64,000 nucleotides of DNA from Candidatus Pacearchaeota archaeon (GCA_038894195.1 JAWAPZ010000001.1:14725-78724), one strand, 5' to 3'. Positions 26,745-37,607 are shown, counted from the stretch's first letter. The notes: generated from the sequence alone by a model not told the origin. A program made the numbers and translations.

Positions 26745-28664
26745 ATGAATATGAAAAAAAGAGGAAGGTTAAAGTTTTTAAGAAGTAGTTTTTTCTTTTT
26801 AGCTATATTCTTAGCTATTTTAACAATCCAAAATGTGAAAGCTTGCGCGGTTTACGGAGAAATTTTCAATGCAAGTCACGATTTGACTGTTGGAAATGCT
26901 ACAGTTTATTGTTTAGGCGGTTCATATTCTACTTGCTATGATGACGATCCTAATGATACAGCATATTTCTGTGATTTTGGCGGACCTTTAGTAACATGCT
27001 CACAAGCTTGTCCTAATGGAATTAATGCGACTGCTATAAACACAACTCTAAATATTTGGGGTTATAACTTTACAAGCAGTCCTGATAATGATAATGACAT
27101 TGGACTAAACATAACAATGCATGAGCATAATGCCCCAATAGTCGAAATAGCGAGTCCAGGAAATGGAGCAAATTTCACAACAACTGGAAGTAATGTTGTT
27201 GATTTTTCTTTAAAATGTTATGATGATTCTGAGTTAAGTGTTTTACAACTTTATGGAATGAAAACAACAACAGCTGGCAATTGGAGTAGTGCCTGGCAAG
27301 CACGAGCAACTAACAGCTCGCCTGTAAACAATTCGTGGTGGAATTTTACACTTGTCTTTTCTGATGGCATCTATAAAATTGGCGCAAGATGTAATGATAC
27401 AAGTAATAACATAGGATGGAGTGAAAATAGAACCTTTACAGTTGACTTAAACGCTCCTAGCATTATTTTAAACAGTCCTGATGATGGTCATAAATATGAA
27501 CCAAGTGGCAATACCTATGAAGTTACATTATCATGGACAGCAACTGATGCTGTTTCATCTTCTTTAACATGCAGATTATATGTCAACGATGAATTAAGAG
27601 CAACACAAACATGCACTTCAGGAAGTATATGTAGTAATACTTCGAGCTATGCATCTTCTTCAAGCGGCAATGGCGCAGAGTATGAATGGTATGTTAATTG
27701 CTCTGATAACTTTCATTCAAACATTTCTGAAACAAGAAGTTTTTTTGTCAAAAAAACTGGTGGAGGAGGTGGAGGAGGTGGAGGTCCAACAATACCGACT
27801 TGTGGTGACCTTATTTGTAATGGCCTAACCCAAGAATTCAGTTTTACATGCTCTGTTTATAATTTTACTTCTCTTATTAATATATCACTTTATGGAAATT
27901 TTAATGGAACATGGCAATTAATTGAAACTCAAAACGTTAATGGAACTAATGCAAATGTTATTTTTACAAGAACTCTAACTTCTGGAAATTACTTGTGGAA
28001 TTGTTATGTATGTGATGAAGTTGAGGGTTGTAAATTTACTAGTTCACAAAATTATACCATAGAGGTTAATATTACAGGAGATGAAAATTGCTTTACGTGT
28101 CCTATGGATTGTCCTTGTCTTCCTGGCCAGATTTGTGATCCTTTGCTTATGATGTGTATCCTCCCATGTGTCTGTGGCGACTTGATTTGTGATCCAAACT
28201 GCAACGAAACTCAAATAACTTGTCCGCAAGATTGTTTTGCAGGAGCTATTTGTGGTAATGGTATCTGTGAACCTGGAGAAACACAAGTAACGTGTCCGGA
28301 GGACTGTGGCCAGCCATCAACAACGCCTGGCTGCGGGGATGGAATTTGTTCTAGACCTGAAGAAAATGCTGACACATGCCCACAAGATTGTCAGGCTGTT
28401 TGTGGCGACAAAATATGTGAAAATGGTGAAAACAAGGAGAACTGTTGCCAGGATTGTGGATGCCCTCTAGGTCAGAAATGTACTAAAGTTGAAGAAAAGG
28501 ACGAAAATGGCACCATAAAAATAAAATATAAATGTAAAGGCCTTAAAACATGGTGGTGGATATTGATAATTGTAGCTATAGCAATTACCTCTTACTTTAC
28601 CTATAGACATTATAAAAAATTAATTAGGAAAAGAATGTTCAGAGGTCTTGGTGGTTTCAGGTAA
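26745..28664 (+). CDS. Cys-rich secreted protein with C-terminal TM anchor; shares Ig-like modules with the upstream giant gene
   Basis: 639-aa ORF with N-terminal signal FFFLAIFLAILTIQNVKA and C-terminal TM WWWILIIVAIAITSYFTY. The modules DFSLKCYDDSELSVLQLYG... and SLYGNFNGTWQ...GNYLWNCYVCD parallel modules in 15735-26720. A Gly9 linker lies at 27759-27785. Confidence 0.8.
   Translation: MNMKKRGRLKFLRSSFFFLAIFLAILTIQNVKACAVYGEIFNASHDLTVGNATVYCLGGSYSTCYDDDPNDTAYFCDFGGPLVTCSQACPNGINATAINTTLNIWGYNFTSSPDNDNDIGLNITMHEHNAPIVEIASPGNGANFTTTGSNVVDFSLKCYDDSELSVLQLYGMKTTTAGNWSSAWQARATNSSPVNNSWWNFTLVFSDGIYKIGARCNDTSNNIGWSENRTFTVDLNAPSIILNSPDDGHKYEPSGNTYEVTLSWTATDAVSSSLTCRLYVNDELRATQTCTSGSICSNTSSYASSSSGNGAEYEWYVNCSDNFHSNISETRSFFVKKTGGGGGGGGGPTIPTCGDLICNGLTQEFSFTCSVYNFTSLINISLYGNFNGTWQLIETQNVNGTNANVIFTRTLTSGNYLWNCYVCDEVEGCKFTSSQNYTIEVNITGDENCFTCPMDCPCLPGQICDPLLMMCILPCVCGDLICDPNCNETQITCPQDCFAGAICGNGICEPGETQVTCPEDCGQPSTTPGCGDGICSRPEENADTCPQDCQAVCGDKICENGENKENCCQDCGCPLGQKCTKVEEKDENGTIKIKYKCKGLKTWWWILIIVAIAITSYFTYRHYKKLIRKRMFRGLGGFR
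28173..28480 (+). repeat. four tandem ~25-aa Cys-rich modules CG(D/N)xxC-x(5-9)-CP(Q/E)DC (coding)
   Basis: The four modules are CGDLICDPNCNETQITCPQDC, CGNGICEPGETQVTCPEDC, CGDGICSRPEENADTCPQDC and CGDKICENGENKENCCQDC. Confidence 0.8.
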
Positions 28665-28834
28665 AAAGGAAAAAGTTAAAATTTTAAAGAATTATGGCTT
28701 ATTTCTTTAAATTTTGAGTAGAAAGCTTTTTAAAGTTCTCTTCATTTTTTGATGAATAAAAACTTTACCGACGATAAATTTTGGTAAAGTTTAAATTATC
28801 GACGGAAAAATAAAATAAAAATAAGAAGTTGAAA

Positions 28835-30733
28835 ATGACTGAAAAAGAGAAAAAGCACGATTACGATATCAGCAGTATAAAAGTTTTAGATGGCCTAGAT
28901 GGCGTAAGAAAAAGGCCAGCAATGTATATAGGTAATACTGGTAAAGAAGGACTGCATCATCTTGTAATAGAAGTAATAAATAACTCAGTTGACGAAGCCT
29001 TAGCTGGTTTTTGTACAGAAATTATTATAAAATTGAACAAAGACGGTTCTGTTACTGTTATAGATAATGGCCGTGGAATTCCTGTAGAAATGCACCCGCA
29101 GTTAAAAAAATCAGGGGTTGAGGTTGTAATGACTAAGTTGCATGCTGGAGGTAAATTTGATCATAAAGTATACCAGGTTGCAGGCGGTCTCCATGGCGTC
29201 GGTGTTTCTGTTGTAAACGCTTTAAGTGAATGGCTCACAGTTCAAGTCAAGAGGGGTGGTAAAATTTATGAGCAAAGTTATGAAAAAGGAAAACCAGTAA
29301 GTGCTTTAAAAATTAGAGGTGAGTGTAAGGAAAGCGATACAGGTACTGCTGTAACTTTCAAGCCAGATAAAGAAATTTTTTCGACATTAAAATTTGATTT
29401 TGAGCTACTCGTAAATAAAGCACGAGAACTTGCCTTTTTGAATCCTGGCTTGATAATAATAGTTGAGTCTGAACAAGATAAGAAAAAAGAATCTTTTAAG
29501 TACGATGGTGGATTACAAGAATTCGTGAAGTGGTTAAACAAAACAAGAAATGCTATACATAAGCCAATTTATTTTAAAAAACAAGTAAATAGCACAATAG
29601 TTGAAGTTGCAATCCAATATAATGATAGTTATCAAGAGAATATCTTTAGTTTTGTTAACACAATCAATACAATTGAAGGCGGTACTCACGTTGCTGGCTT
29701 TAAAACAGCCCTGACAAGAGTCATTAATGATTATGCTACAAAAAACAAAATATTGAAAGAAAACGAAAAACTTGAAGGGGACGACACAAGAGAAGGACTT
29801 ACTTGTGTAATAAGTTTACATTTGCAAGATCCTCAGTTTGAGGGTCAGACTAAAACAAAACTTGGAAACAGTGATGTGAAAGGTATAGTTGATAGCATTG
29901 TAACAGAACAACTCTCACAATTTTTTGAAGAAAACCCAAGTATTGCAAAAATAATAGTCAACAAAGCAACAGAAGCTCTAAAAGCTAGACTAGCTGCAAA
30001 GAAAGCAAAAGAATTGGTGAGGCGCAAAGGGGCTTTTTTTTCAGGGACTTTGCCAGGAAAATTAGCGGACTGCAGTTCAAGCAATCTGGAAAAGACAGAA
30101 CTCTTTGTTGTTGAGGGTGAAAGTGCAGCTGGTTCAAGTAAACAAGCAAGGAATAAGGAATTTCAGGCAATCTTGCCATTGAAAGGTAAAATCCTAAATG
30201 TTGAAAAAGCTAACCCACATAAAATTTTCGAGAACGAAGAAATAACAACCTTGGCTACTGCAATAGGAACTAATGTAGGGGAAAATTTTGATATTAGAAA
30301 GTTAAGATACGGTCGCATTATAATAATGTGCGATGCTGATGTGGATGGACAGCATATAAAAACTTTGCTTCTGACATTTTTTTATAGATTCATGCCAACA
30401 CTCATCGAAAGTAAAAGAATTTTTATTGCTGTTCCACCACTTTATAGATTAAGAAAAGGTTCTCAAAGTTATTATCTTTACAGTGATGAAGAACTTGAGA
30501 AACAAATAAAAAAAACTGGTGGAAGTGTTCAAAGATTTAAGGGGCTTGGTGAGATGAATCCGGAACAATTATGGGAAACTTGCATGGACCCAAAAACGAG
30601 AATCTTAAAACTAGTAACTATTGAGGATGCTATTGAAGCTGATCAACTTTTCAGTACATTGATGGGCAAAGCGGTTGAGCCAAGAAAAGCCTTTATTATA
30701 GAACATGCTAAAAAGGCTAATCTGGATATTTAA
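28835..30733 (+). CDS. gyrB: DNA gyrase subunit B
   Basis: LHAGGKFD, GGLHGVGVSVVNALS, VVEGESAAGS and PLKGKILNVEKA motifs. The ATG at 28835 is preferred over the TTG at 28829. Confidence 0.95.
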   Translation: MTEKEKKHDYDISSIKVLDGLDGVRKRPAMYIGNTGKEGLHHLVIEVINNSVDEALAGFCTEIIIKLNKDGSVTVIDNGRGIPVEMHPQLKKSGVEVVMTKLHAGGKFDHKVYQVAGGLHGVGVSVVNALSEWLTVQVKRGGKIYEQSYEKGKPVSALKIRGECKESDTGTAVTFKPDKEIFSTLKFDFELLVNKARELAFLNPGLIIIVESEQDKKKESFKYDGGLQEFVKWLNKTRNAIHKPIYFKKQVNSTIVEVAIQYNDSYQENIFSFVNTINTIEGGTHVAGFKTALTRVINDYATKNKILKENEKLEGDDTREGLTCVISLHLQDPQFEGQTKTKLGNSDVKGIVDSIVTEQLSQFFEENPSIAKIIVNKATEALKARLAAKKAKELVRRKGAFFSGTLPGKLADCSSSNLEKTELFVVEGESAAGSSKQARNKEFQAILPLKGKILNVEKANPHKIFENEEITTLATAIGTNVGENFDIRKLRYGRIIIMCDADVDGQHIKTLLLTFFYRFMPTLIESKRIFIAVPPLYRLRKGSQSYYLYSDEELEKQIKKTGGSVQRFKGLGEMNPEQLWETCMDPKTRILKLVTIEDAIEADQLFSTLMGKAVEPRKAFIIEHAKKANLDI

Positions 30734-30739
30734 AATAAA

Positions 30740-31081
30740 ATGCCACGCATAAATTCATACAGTTTCGGGAGAATGGTTATAGATAAAAAGCTCTATGAAA
30801 AAGATGTTTTGATTTTGCCTTCAGGTAAAATACTTCAGCGGCCGATGCCAAAAGGCACTCATGTCATATGCTTTTCAGAATTCTCAGAGATTTTAAAAGA
30901 AAAGCCGCGAGTTATTATTATAGGAACAGGTGAAGTCGGTTGTGCTGAACTAGAAACTGGAGCAATGAATAAAATAAAAGAACAGGGAGTTAGGATTATT
31001 GTGCAACCTACAGGAGAGGCAATAAAATCATACAATAAATGTAAAGAAGAAAAAGCTGGCTTGTTTCATTTGACATGCTAA
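30740..31081 (+). CDS. Mth938-like (DUF498) domain protein
   Basis: 113 aa. The pattern [19 protein letters not shown] ... [10 protein letters not shown] ... AIKSYN ... FHLTC resembles my recollection of the Mth938/DUF498 family. The call is from memory, not from a search. Confidence 0.5.
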   Translation: MPRINSYSFGRMVIDKKLYEKDVLILPSGKILQRPMPKGTHVICFSEFSEILKEKPRVIIIGTGEVGCAELETGAMNKIKEQGVRIIVQPTGEAIKSYNKCKEEKAGLFHLTC

Positions 31082-33573
31082 AAATGAGAGAAGAAAAAAA
31101 CACACAAGAAAGTAAAAAGGAGCAAGAAAACCATCAATTAAAGATGTTTGAAATTCCAGGTAATGAAAAAATTGAGGAAGCAAGTGTCGAAGATGAAATG
31201 AAAAAAGCTTACATTGATTATGCCATGAGTGTTATAGTTGCTAGAGCAATCCCTAGTGTTGAGGATGGTCTCAAGCCAGTTCAAAGGAGAATTCTTTATG
31301 CAATGTATCAACTTGGTCTTCAACACAACAAACCAACTAAAAAAACTGCAAGAATCGTTGGAGAAGTTCTAGGAAAGTTTCACCCCCATGGTGACCTAGC
31401 TGTTTATGACGCCCTTGTAAGAATGGCTCAGAACTTCAGCTTACGTTATCCTTTAATTCAGGGCCAGGGTAATTTTGGGTCTATAGATGGAGACCCCCCC
31501 GCTGCACAACGTTATACAGAAGCACGATTAAATGCATTGGCAGAAGAAATTTTACAAGATCTTGAGAAAAAGACAGTAAAAATGATACCAAATTTTGATA
31601 ACTCACTTGAAGAGCCAGAAATTTTGCCGGCAAAAGTTCCTAATCTACTTGTTAATGGAGCAAGTGGGATTGCAGTAGGGATGATGACAAGCATTCCGCC
31701 ACATAATCTAACTGAAGTTTGCGATGCTATTATTGCTTATATAAAAAATCCAAACTTAGAGACAGAAGACTTAATGAAATACATTCCTGGGCCGGATTTT
31801 CCAACAGCTGGAATTCTTTACAGTGAGGATATAGAAGAAATATACAAAACTGGAAAAGGTGCAATAACCTTAAGAGGAAGAGCAAGTATTGAGCAAGGAA
31901 AAAATAGGGAAAGAGTTGTGATAACCGAACTACCTTATCAAATAAATAAAGCAGAGTTAATATCTAGCATTGCTAACCTTGTTCAAACAAAGAAACTTGA
32001 GGATGTAAGTGACATAAGGGACGAGTCAGCAAAAGATAAAATAAGGATAGTTATAACAATGCGAAGAGGTGCAAATTCTAAATTGATTTTAAATAAAATA
32101 TATAAGCTAACTAACTTACAAACAAAGTTCAATGTTATAATGCTTGCATTAGTTGCAGGCCAACCAAAAATTCTTACATTAAAAAATTTAATTGAAAATT
32201 TTGTAAAGCATAGACAAAAAATTATAAGAAAAAGAACCCAGTTTGACCTTGAAGTTGCCAAAGAAACAGCACATATTTTAGAAGGTTTACTTCTTGCGCT
32301 GAAGAATCTTGATGAGATAGTCGGTTTCATAAGAAAAAGTAAGAATACAACAGAAGCATTACAAGGTCTTATAAATAAATTTAAACTCAGCCAAAAACAA
32401 AGCCAAGCAATTCTTGATATGAAACTGTCAAGAATTACGCAACTTGAACAAGAGAAAATAAAAGAAGAGTACGATGAAACTAAAAAAAAGATTTCTGAAT
32501 TTCAGGATATTCTTGCGTCTGAAAAAAAAATTCTTGATATAGTAAGGCAAGAATTGCAAGAATTAAAAAGAAAATATGGGGATGAAAGAAGAACAAAAAT
32601 ACTAAAGCGTATTGAAGAAGTATCTGAGCTTGATCTTGTTAGAAAGGAAGATATTGCTATAATGGTCACAGCACGTGGCTATATAAAAAGAATGCCGTTG
32701 AAACTTTATCACGAACAACACCGTGGAGGTAAAGGGGTGACGGCAACTGAACTAACAAGTGAGGATTTTGTACAGCAAGTCTTCACATGCTCTACACATG
32801 ATCTTGTTTTGTTTTTGACTGAACGAGGAAGGCTATTTTTACTAAAAGCTTATCAGATTCCTGAAGCAACAAGATACAGCAAAGGGAAAGCAATCATAAA
32901 TTTGTTGCAAATTCAAGACAAGATTAAAGCAACGATCCCAATTGCATCTAAAAAAGGGTCCATGCTAATCGTAACTAAAAAAGGTATAGGCAAAAGGATA
33001 AATCTTGATGTTTTTAAAAAGATAAAAACAAGTGGAACAATGGTCACTAAGCTGCCAACTGATGATGCAATTGCAGAAGCAAAATTGGTTCAAGAGAATG
33101 ATGAGGTCATAATAGCAACAAGAAAAGGCATGGCAGCCAGGTTCAAAGCATCTGAAATTAGGGAAATGGGAAAAGCTGCTTATGGTGTTAGAGCTATTAA
33201 ACTCGAAAAGGATGAGGTTATTGGCGTTGAGACTTGTTTACCTGAAAAAGAAAAAGAATTGAGCATTTTAACAGTAACTGAAAAAGGTTTCGGTAAAAGA
33301 ACTCTTGTTTCTGATTATAGAAAAACAGCACGAGGGGCTAAAGGTGTAATAAACATCAAGTGCTCTGAAAGAAACGGATTTGTTAGCGGAATACAGATTG
33401 TTGATGACAAAGACAGCATAATTGTTACAACATTAAAAGGAATGATCATTAGAGTTCCTTGTAAAGATATTCGTGTCATGGCTCGTGCAACCCAAGGTGT
33501 CAAAATAATTAAAATTAAACAAGATGATAATGTCAGTGATGTTGTTGTTGTAAGAAAATCTAATGAGGTATAA
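31075..33573 (+). CDS. gyrA: DNA gyrase subunit A
   Basis: [19 protein letters not shown] and [10 protein letters not shown] (catalytic Tyr) motifs. It overlaps the preceding ORF by 7 nt. Confidence 0.95.
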   Translation: MLKMREEKNTQESKKEQENHQLKMFEIPGNEKIEEASVEDEMKKAYIDYAMSVIVARAIPSVEDGLKPVQRRILYAMYQLGLQHNKPTKKTARIVGEVLGKFHPHGDLAVYDALVRMAQNFSLRYPLIQGQGNFGSIDGDPPAAQRYTEARLNALAEEILQDLEKKTVKMIPNFDNSLEEPEILPAKVPNLLVNGASGIAVGMMTSIPPHNLTEVCDAIIAYIKNPNLETEDLMKYIPGPDFPTAGILYSEDIEEIYKTGKGAITLRGRASIEQGKNRERVVITELPYQINKAELISSIANLVQTKKLEDVSDIRDESAKDKIRIVITMRRGANSKLILNKIYKLTNLQTKFNVIMLALVAGQPKILTLKNLIENFVKHRQKIIRKRTQFDLEVAKETAHILEGLLLALKNLDEIVGFIRKSKNTTEALQGLINKFKLSQKQSQAILDMKLSRITQLEQEKIKEEYDETKKKISEFQDILASEKKILDIVRQELQELKRKYGDERRTKILKRIEEVSELDLVRKEDIAIMVTARGYIKRMPLKLYHEQHRGGKGVTATELTSEDFVQQVFTCSTHDLVLFLTERGRLFLLKAYQIPEATRYSKGKAIINLLQIQDKIKATIPIASKKGSMLIVTKKGIGKRINLDVFKKIKTSGTMVTKLPTDDAIAEAKLVQENDEVIIATRKGMAARFKASEIREMGKAAYGVRAIKLEKDEVIGVETCLPEKEKELSILTVTEKGFGKRTLVSDYRKTARGAKGVINIKCSERNGFVSGIQIVDDKDSIIVTTLKGMIIRVPCKDIRVMARATQGVKIIKIKQDDNVSDVVVVRKSNEV

Positions 33574-33609
33574 CTTAAGATTTTTAAATACCTATTCCTT
33601 AAAAGAATC

Positions 33610-33810
33610 ATGAAATACAAAATCGTACAAGAACACGAGAAATGTATTGGCTGCGGAGCATGCCAGGCAGTTTGTCCAGAAAATTGGGTTATTAAAGGTA
33701 ACAAAGCTAAACCAAAAAAAACAAAAATAGATGAAAAGGAACTTGCATGTAACAAGCAAGCTGCTGATGTCTGTCCTGTAAAGTGTATAAAAATTGTGAA
33801 AGCAAGTTAA
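33610..33810 (+). CDS. small 4Fe-4S ferredoxin
   Basis: 66 aa with CIGCGACQAVCP plus a distal CPVKC, the layout of single-cluster archaeal ferredoxins. Confidence 0.8.
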   Translation: MKYKIVQEHEKCIGCGACQAVCPENWVIKGNKAKPKKTKIDEKELACNKQAADVCPVKCIKIVKAS

Positions 33811-33811
33811 A

Positions 33812-35374
33812 TTATTTAATGGTTTTAGTATTTTCTAGTGCACTTGCGCAGTGCTCGTTTATATGTAAGAGGTTCTCTAAAATTTCTGAATAAAGCAAAG
33901 ATGCATACCCCCCCTCTTCCACTCTTTGTATTTTCTTTAAATGTTCAAGAACAATTTCATTTGAATTTTTGATACGTTCATATAAATTATTATTGTAATT
34001 TAAACTTAATGCTCCTATCATTCTTAACTGGGCCCTGATCAAGGTTGTTACATGTCTTAAAGAATTTTCTGTTTCTCTAGAAAATAAGACTTTTTTGTTT
34101 TTTCTTAACATTGCAATTTCCGCGATATTCAAAGATCTGTCAGCTATTCTCTCAAGGTCGTTGGTTAGATCAAGATACGGAGCTAAATTTGTTTTTTTGA
34201 TTATTACTGAAAGTTTTTCAAGATACTTGTGTAGTTCAAGATTTAAAGCATCCATGACTTGTTCGTAATAATTTACTTCTGTGAATTTTCTTCTTTTAAA
34301 CTTAAAGATAAGTTCAGAAGCTTTGCTGAACATTTTATAGTTTATAACCAGCGTCCTTGAATTTTCTTTTTTAACTGCTTGAAGGGCTTCTTGCGGTTTT
34401 ACAAGATAACGGTCGTCTATGTATTTTGGCCAAAGAGAGATTACTTCTTCTTTGCCTGGTACTATTCTTTCAATTAATTTTGAAAATGGAACAATGGCCA
34501 CAAGGAATATTGCTGCCATTATAGCATTAAAAAGAAGGTGTGAATTTGCGATCTGATTTGCAAGGTTGTGCGAAGTTAACTGAACCAAGGATGTGAAAGG
34601 ATTAAGTAACGGTAAAAATATTAGAACTCCAATAACATTAAAAAAAAGGTGTGCCATTGCTGTTCTTTTTGCAGAAATACTGCCGCCAGCACTTGCCAAT
34701 AATGCTGTAACCGTCGTTCCTATGTTTGAACCAAAAATAAAAAGGATTGCTACTTTAAGCGTTATTGCATTACTCATCCCGAGCAAGACAGCCATTCCAG
34801 TAACTAAAGCTGAAACTTGAAAAAGAGCAGTTATACCAAGTGAAACTACAATTGCTAGAACAGGATTTTCAAATTTGGTTAGCAAATTTAGAAAAGCGGG
34901 ATTGGATTGCAGAGGAATTACTGCTTGCCTCATAAGTTCAAGGCCAAAAAATAAAGCACCAAAATAAAAAATCCCTTTACCTATTATCTTTAACTTGTCT
35001 CTTCCTAAAAGAGAAAATGCTATGCCTAAAACCATTATTATTGGAGCTATGGTAGTTATGTTAAATGCAAGTAATTGTGCTGTAACAGTAGTGCCTATGT
35101 TTGAACCAAAAATAACACCCAACGAACTAAAAAAAGAAAGTAATCCTGCTGAGACAAAACTTACAGTAAGTACGGTGGTTGATGAAGAGCTCTGAAAGAT
35201 TGCTGTAAGTAGAATACCTATACCAAAACCATAAATTGGCTTTGAAGTTATTTTAGTTAGATAACTTTTTATTTTTCCAGAAGCTAGTTGCTGCATTATC
35301 CTTGAAAGAGAAAAAATACTGTAAAGAAGTAAAGCAATTCCTGCTAAAAATAAGAGTATGATCTGAATTGCCAT
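33812..35374 (-). CDS. Na+/phosphate cotransporter family protein with C-terminal PhoU-like region
   Basis: TAIFQSSSSTTVLTVSFVSAGLL and the duplicated FGSNIGTTVTA motif are typical of the Na/Pi-cotransporter II-related family. The helical C-terminal third is PhoU-like. Confidence 0.8.
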   Translation of the reverse strand: MAIQIILLFLAGIALLLYSIFSLSRIMQQLASGKIKSYLTKITSKPIYGFGIGILLTAIFQSSSSTTVLTVSFVSAGLLSFFSSLGVIFGSNIGTTVTAQLLAFNITTIAPIIMVLGIAFSLLGRDKLKIIGKGIFYFGALFFGLELMRQAVIPLQSNPAFLNLLTKFENPVLAIVVSLGITALFQVSALVTGMAVLLGMSNAITLKVAILFIFGSNIGTTVTALLASAGGSISAKRTAMAHLFFNVIGVLIFLPLLNPFTSLVQLTSHNLANQIANSHLLFNAIMAAIFLVAIVPFSKLIERIVPGKEEVISLWPKYIDDRYLVKPQEALQAVKKENSRTLVINYKMFSKASELIFKFKRRKFTEVNYYEQVMDALNLELHKYLEKLSVIIKKTNLAPYLDLTNDLERIADRSLNIAEIAMLRKNKKVLFSRETENSLRHVTTLIRAQLRMIGALSLNYNNNLYERIKNSNEIVLEHLKKIQRVEEGGYASLLYSEILENLLHINEHCASALENTKTIK

Positions 35375-35428
35375 CTCTCTAAACCTCTTTTATTATTTTA
35401 TTACGAAAATTGAAGTTTTAAAGTTTTC

Positions 35429-36547
35429 TTAGAATAAAAACTGATAAATCATTCCGAAAATAAAAAGTGCTATTAAAATGGTGATTATTGGCCAACTAAT
35501 TGGAATGCTATACTCTGGTTTTCTGTTACCAAGTTTCTTTGCTTTTTTTATCATCAAGACTATAAGAATGCCAGCTAGACCTCCTGATATGGAGCCACTT
35601 AAGCTAAGGATTTGGATAAAAGTTGCTGCTTTGAATAAACTTATAACAATAAAAACTGCAAGAGGAACCAAACAAGCTAGAAGCCAGGCTTTTGTTTTTT
35701 TAAAATTAAAATCAAATCTATACATATCGCGGATTGCTGAAGCAAGAGTGAAAAAAGCGGTAAACATTGTGAAAACAGCAAGCAAGCAAGGTAATTTGCC
35801 AAAGACCATTGTTGCTATTTCTGGGGTTGCTTTGCCAGAAAAGCCAACAACGGTTGTTACGAATATAATATAGAGTAGTATTGGAATTAAACTTCCAATC
35901 AAAATTGCCTTTTTCATTAATTTTTCATTGTTTTTAAGTTCTTGTTTAATTTCAGGCAAAGCTGAAAATGCCAGAAAAGCAAAGAAAGTAACGCCATAAG
36001 GAAGAAACCACATTGATGGTTTAGATATGTAAGCCAAATTAGAGGTATTTAGTTTAGGGAAGAAAAATAAAGTAATTATGATTATTAGAGTAAAAACGGC
36101 TATCAAACCAAAAGACTCGCCTTCCTCTAACGCCTTTAGGCTCTTGCTTACCAAAAAAAACATCACTGAGAAAAAAGCAAGACTAAACCATAAAGTATAA
36201 GATTGGCTGCCAAAAAAAATAAAACTAAGAACTTCGCCCTCACCAAGCATATAAGCTACTAAAGCTGTATAAATACCGAAGATCATCGAAAAAAGCATTA
36301 AAATTTTCCCTGGCTTTCCAAGATATTTAGAAGCATAGCCAGTAATTTGATGAAATCCCTTAGTTCTTAGAGAAATTTCTCCAAGATACAAGTTAATGAA
36401 GAGCATGATAACACCAAGAATAATGATATTCAATAAACCCACAACAAAACCAGATTGGGCTACAACATAAGGCAATCCAAAAATACCGGCACCAACAATT
36501 GTACCGGTCAATGTGGCTATTGCTCCAAATAACAAACCTCTTTTCAT
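35429..36547 (-). CDS. amino acid permease (polytopic membrane transporter)
   Basis: The N-terminus GTIVGAGIFGLPYVVAQSGF is typical of amino-acid transporter families. About 11 hydrophobic helices. Confidence 0.7.
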   Translation of the reverse strand: MKRGLLFGAIATLTGTIVGAGIFGLPYVVAQSGFVVGLLNIIILGVIMLFINLYLGEISLRTKGFHQITGYASKYLGKPGKILMLFSMIFGIYTALVAYMLGEGEVLSFIFFGSQSYTLWFSLAFFSVMFFLVSKSLKALEEGESFGLIAVFTLIIIITLFFFPKLNTSNLAYISKPSMWFLPYGVTFFAFLAFSALPEIKQELKNNEKLMKKAILIGSLIPILLYIIFVTTVVGFSGKATPEIATMVFGKLPCLLAVFTMFTAFFTLASAIRDMYRFDFNFKKTKAWLLACLVPLAVFIVISLFKAATFIQILSLSGSISGGLAGILIVLMIKKAKKLGNRKPEYSIPISWPIITILIALFIFGMIYQFLF

Positions 36548-36590
36548 TATAAAATTAAAAAACTAAATTTTATAAATGTAATGATAAAAA

Positions 36591-37607
36591 TTAAAGTGAC
36601 ACATGGGGTGGCTTAGAAACCTCTTGTTCAATTCTGAGCAAAATTAAGTCTATAATAAACCTTTTTATTTTTTTAAGATGAAAATTGACCTCTTGTTCTT
36701 CTTTTGTTAATTTTAAATCTGCTCTTGAAAGTTCATCATGAAGTTTTCTTTCTTTTTGATGAATCTGTATGGCTTTTTTATCATCAAACTTATAAAAAAA
36801 ATCATAAAATAGTTCAAGTAACTCAAGAGTTTTTTTACTAAGTTCGATAAGCAGTTTATTTGTTTTTTTAAGCGAGGACCCATGAAAAGCTATTTTTCTG
36901 TACTCATCCCCTATAAATTCTAAAAGGAGGATTATTGAATAGAAACTAGTTGTGTCGCTACCTGCTTTTTTGTAATAATTTTTGTTTAAAATCCTTAAAC
37001 AATAGTCAGTAAATCTGTCTATGTTTATATCACTAACATCGATGTTGGATCTCATTTTATCATCTCTTTTTTTGAGCAATTCTATATTATCCTCGGCCAT
37101 CCCTAAAAGTAAAGTGAATATTCTTCTTATGCTGTTTTCAAACTCTTTTTCACTCGGCTCACTAACATCTCTTACTACACAATACGTTTCTTTTTGTTCT
37201 ATTATTTCCATCCCAATAAACCTGTGAGCCATGTCTTGTAAAATTTCTATTATGCTAAGTTTAATTGGGGACCCTATTTGATTTGTCTTTTTTTCAAGTA
37301 TTCTCGTGCTAGAAAGGGTAACTTCATAAAGTTTTTTTGAATGTGGAAATACAAATTTGATTTCATCATAACCTGCCCTATAAACCGCCATAAAATATTT
37401 CCATATCAAAGGATTTGTTAAATTAGTAACATCTATAACTATTCTTTTGACACCATCTGTCTTATTATCAGAAGTCAAAATAAGATTTCCTCCACTTTCT
37501 GTTATTATTATTTCATCGCCTTTATTTAGTTTTTGTCTTGTAATCCAACTTTTTGGTAACGTGATTGTTAAAGTATCATGGCCTTGCTTTATTAATCTTC
37601 TTCGCAT
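36591..37607 (-). CDS. AbrB/SpoVT-domain plus PhoU-domain regulator (archaeal phosphate-uptake-regulator type)
   Basis: MRRRLIKQGHDTLTITLPKSWITRQKLNKGDEIIITESGGNLILT is a SpoVT/AbrB swapped-hairpin motif, followed by a helical PhoU-like region. The ATG at 37607 is preferred. The 39-codon upstream extension in the ORF track runs through promoter-like AT sequence. Confidence 0.65.
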   Translation of the reverse strand: MRRRLIKQGHDTLTITLPKSWITRQKLNKGDEIIITESGGNLILTSDNKTDGVKRIVIDVTNLTNPLIWKYFMAVYRAGYDEIKFVFPHSKKLYEVTLSSTRILEKKTNQIGSPIKLSIIEILQDMAHRFIGMEIIEQKETYCVVRDVSEPSEKEFENSIRRIFTLLLGMAEDNIELLKKRDDKMRSNIDVSDINIDRFTDYCLRILNKNYYKKAGSDTTSFYSIILLLEFIGDEYRKIAFHGSSLKKTNKLLIELSKKTLELLELFYDFFYKFDDKKAIQIHQKERKLHDELSRADLKLTKEEQEVNFHLKKIKRFIIDLILLRIEQEVSKPPHVSL

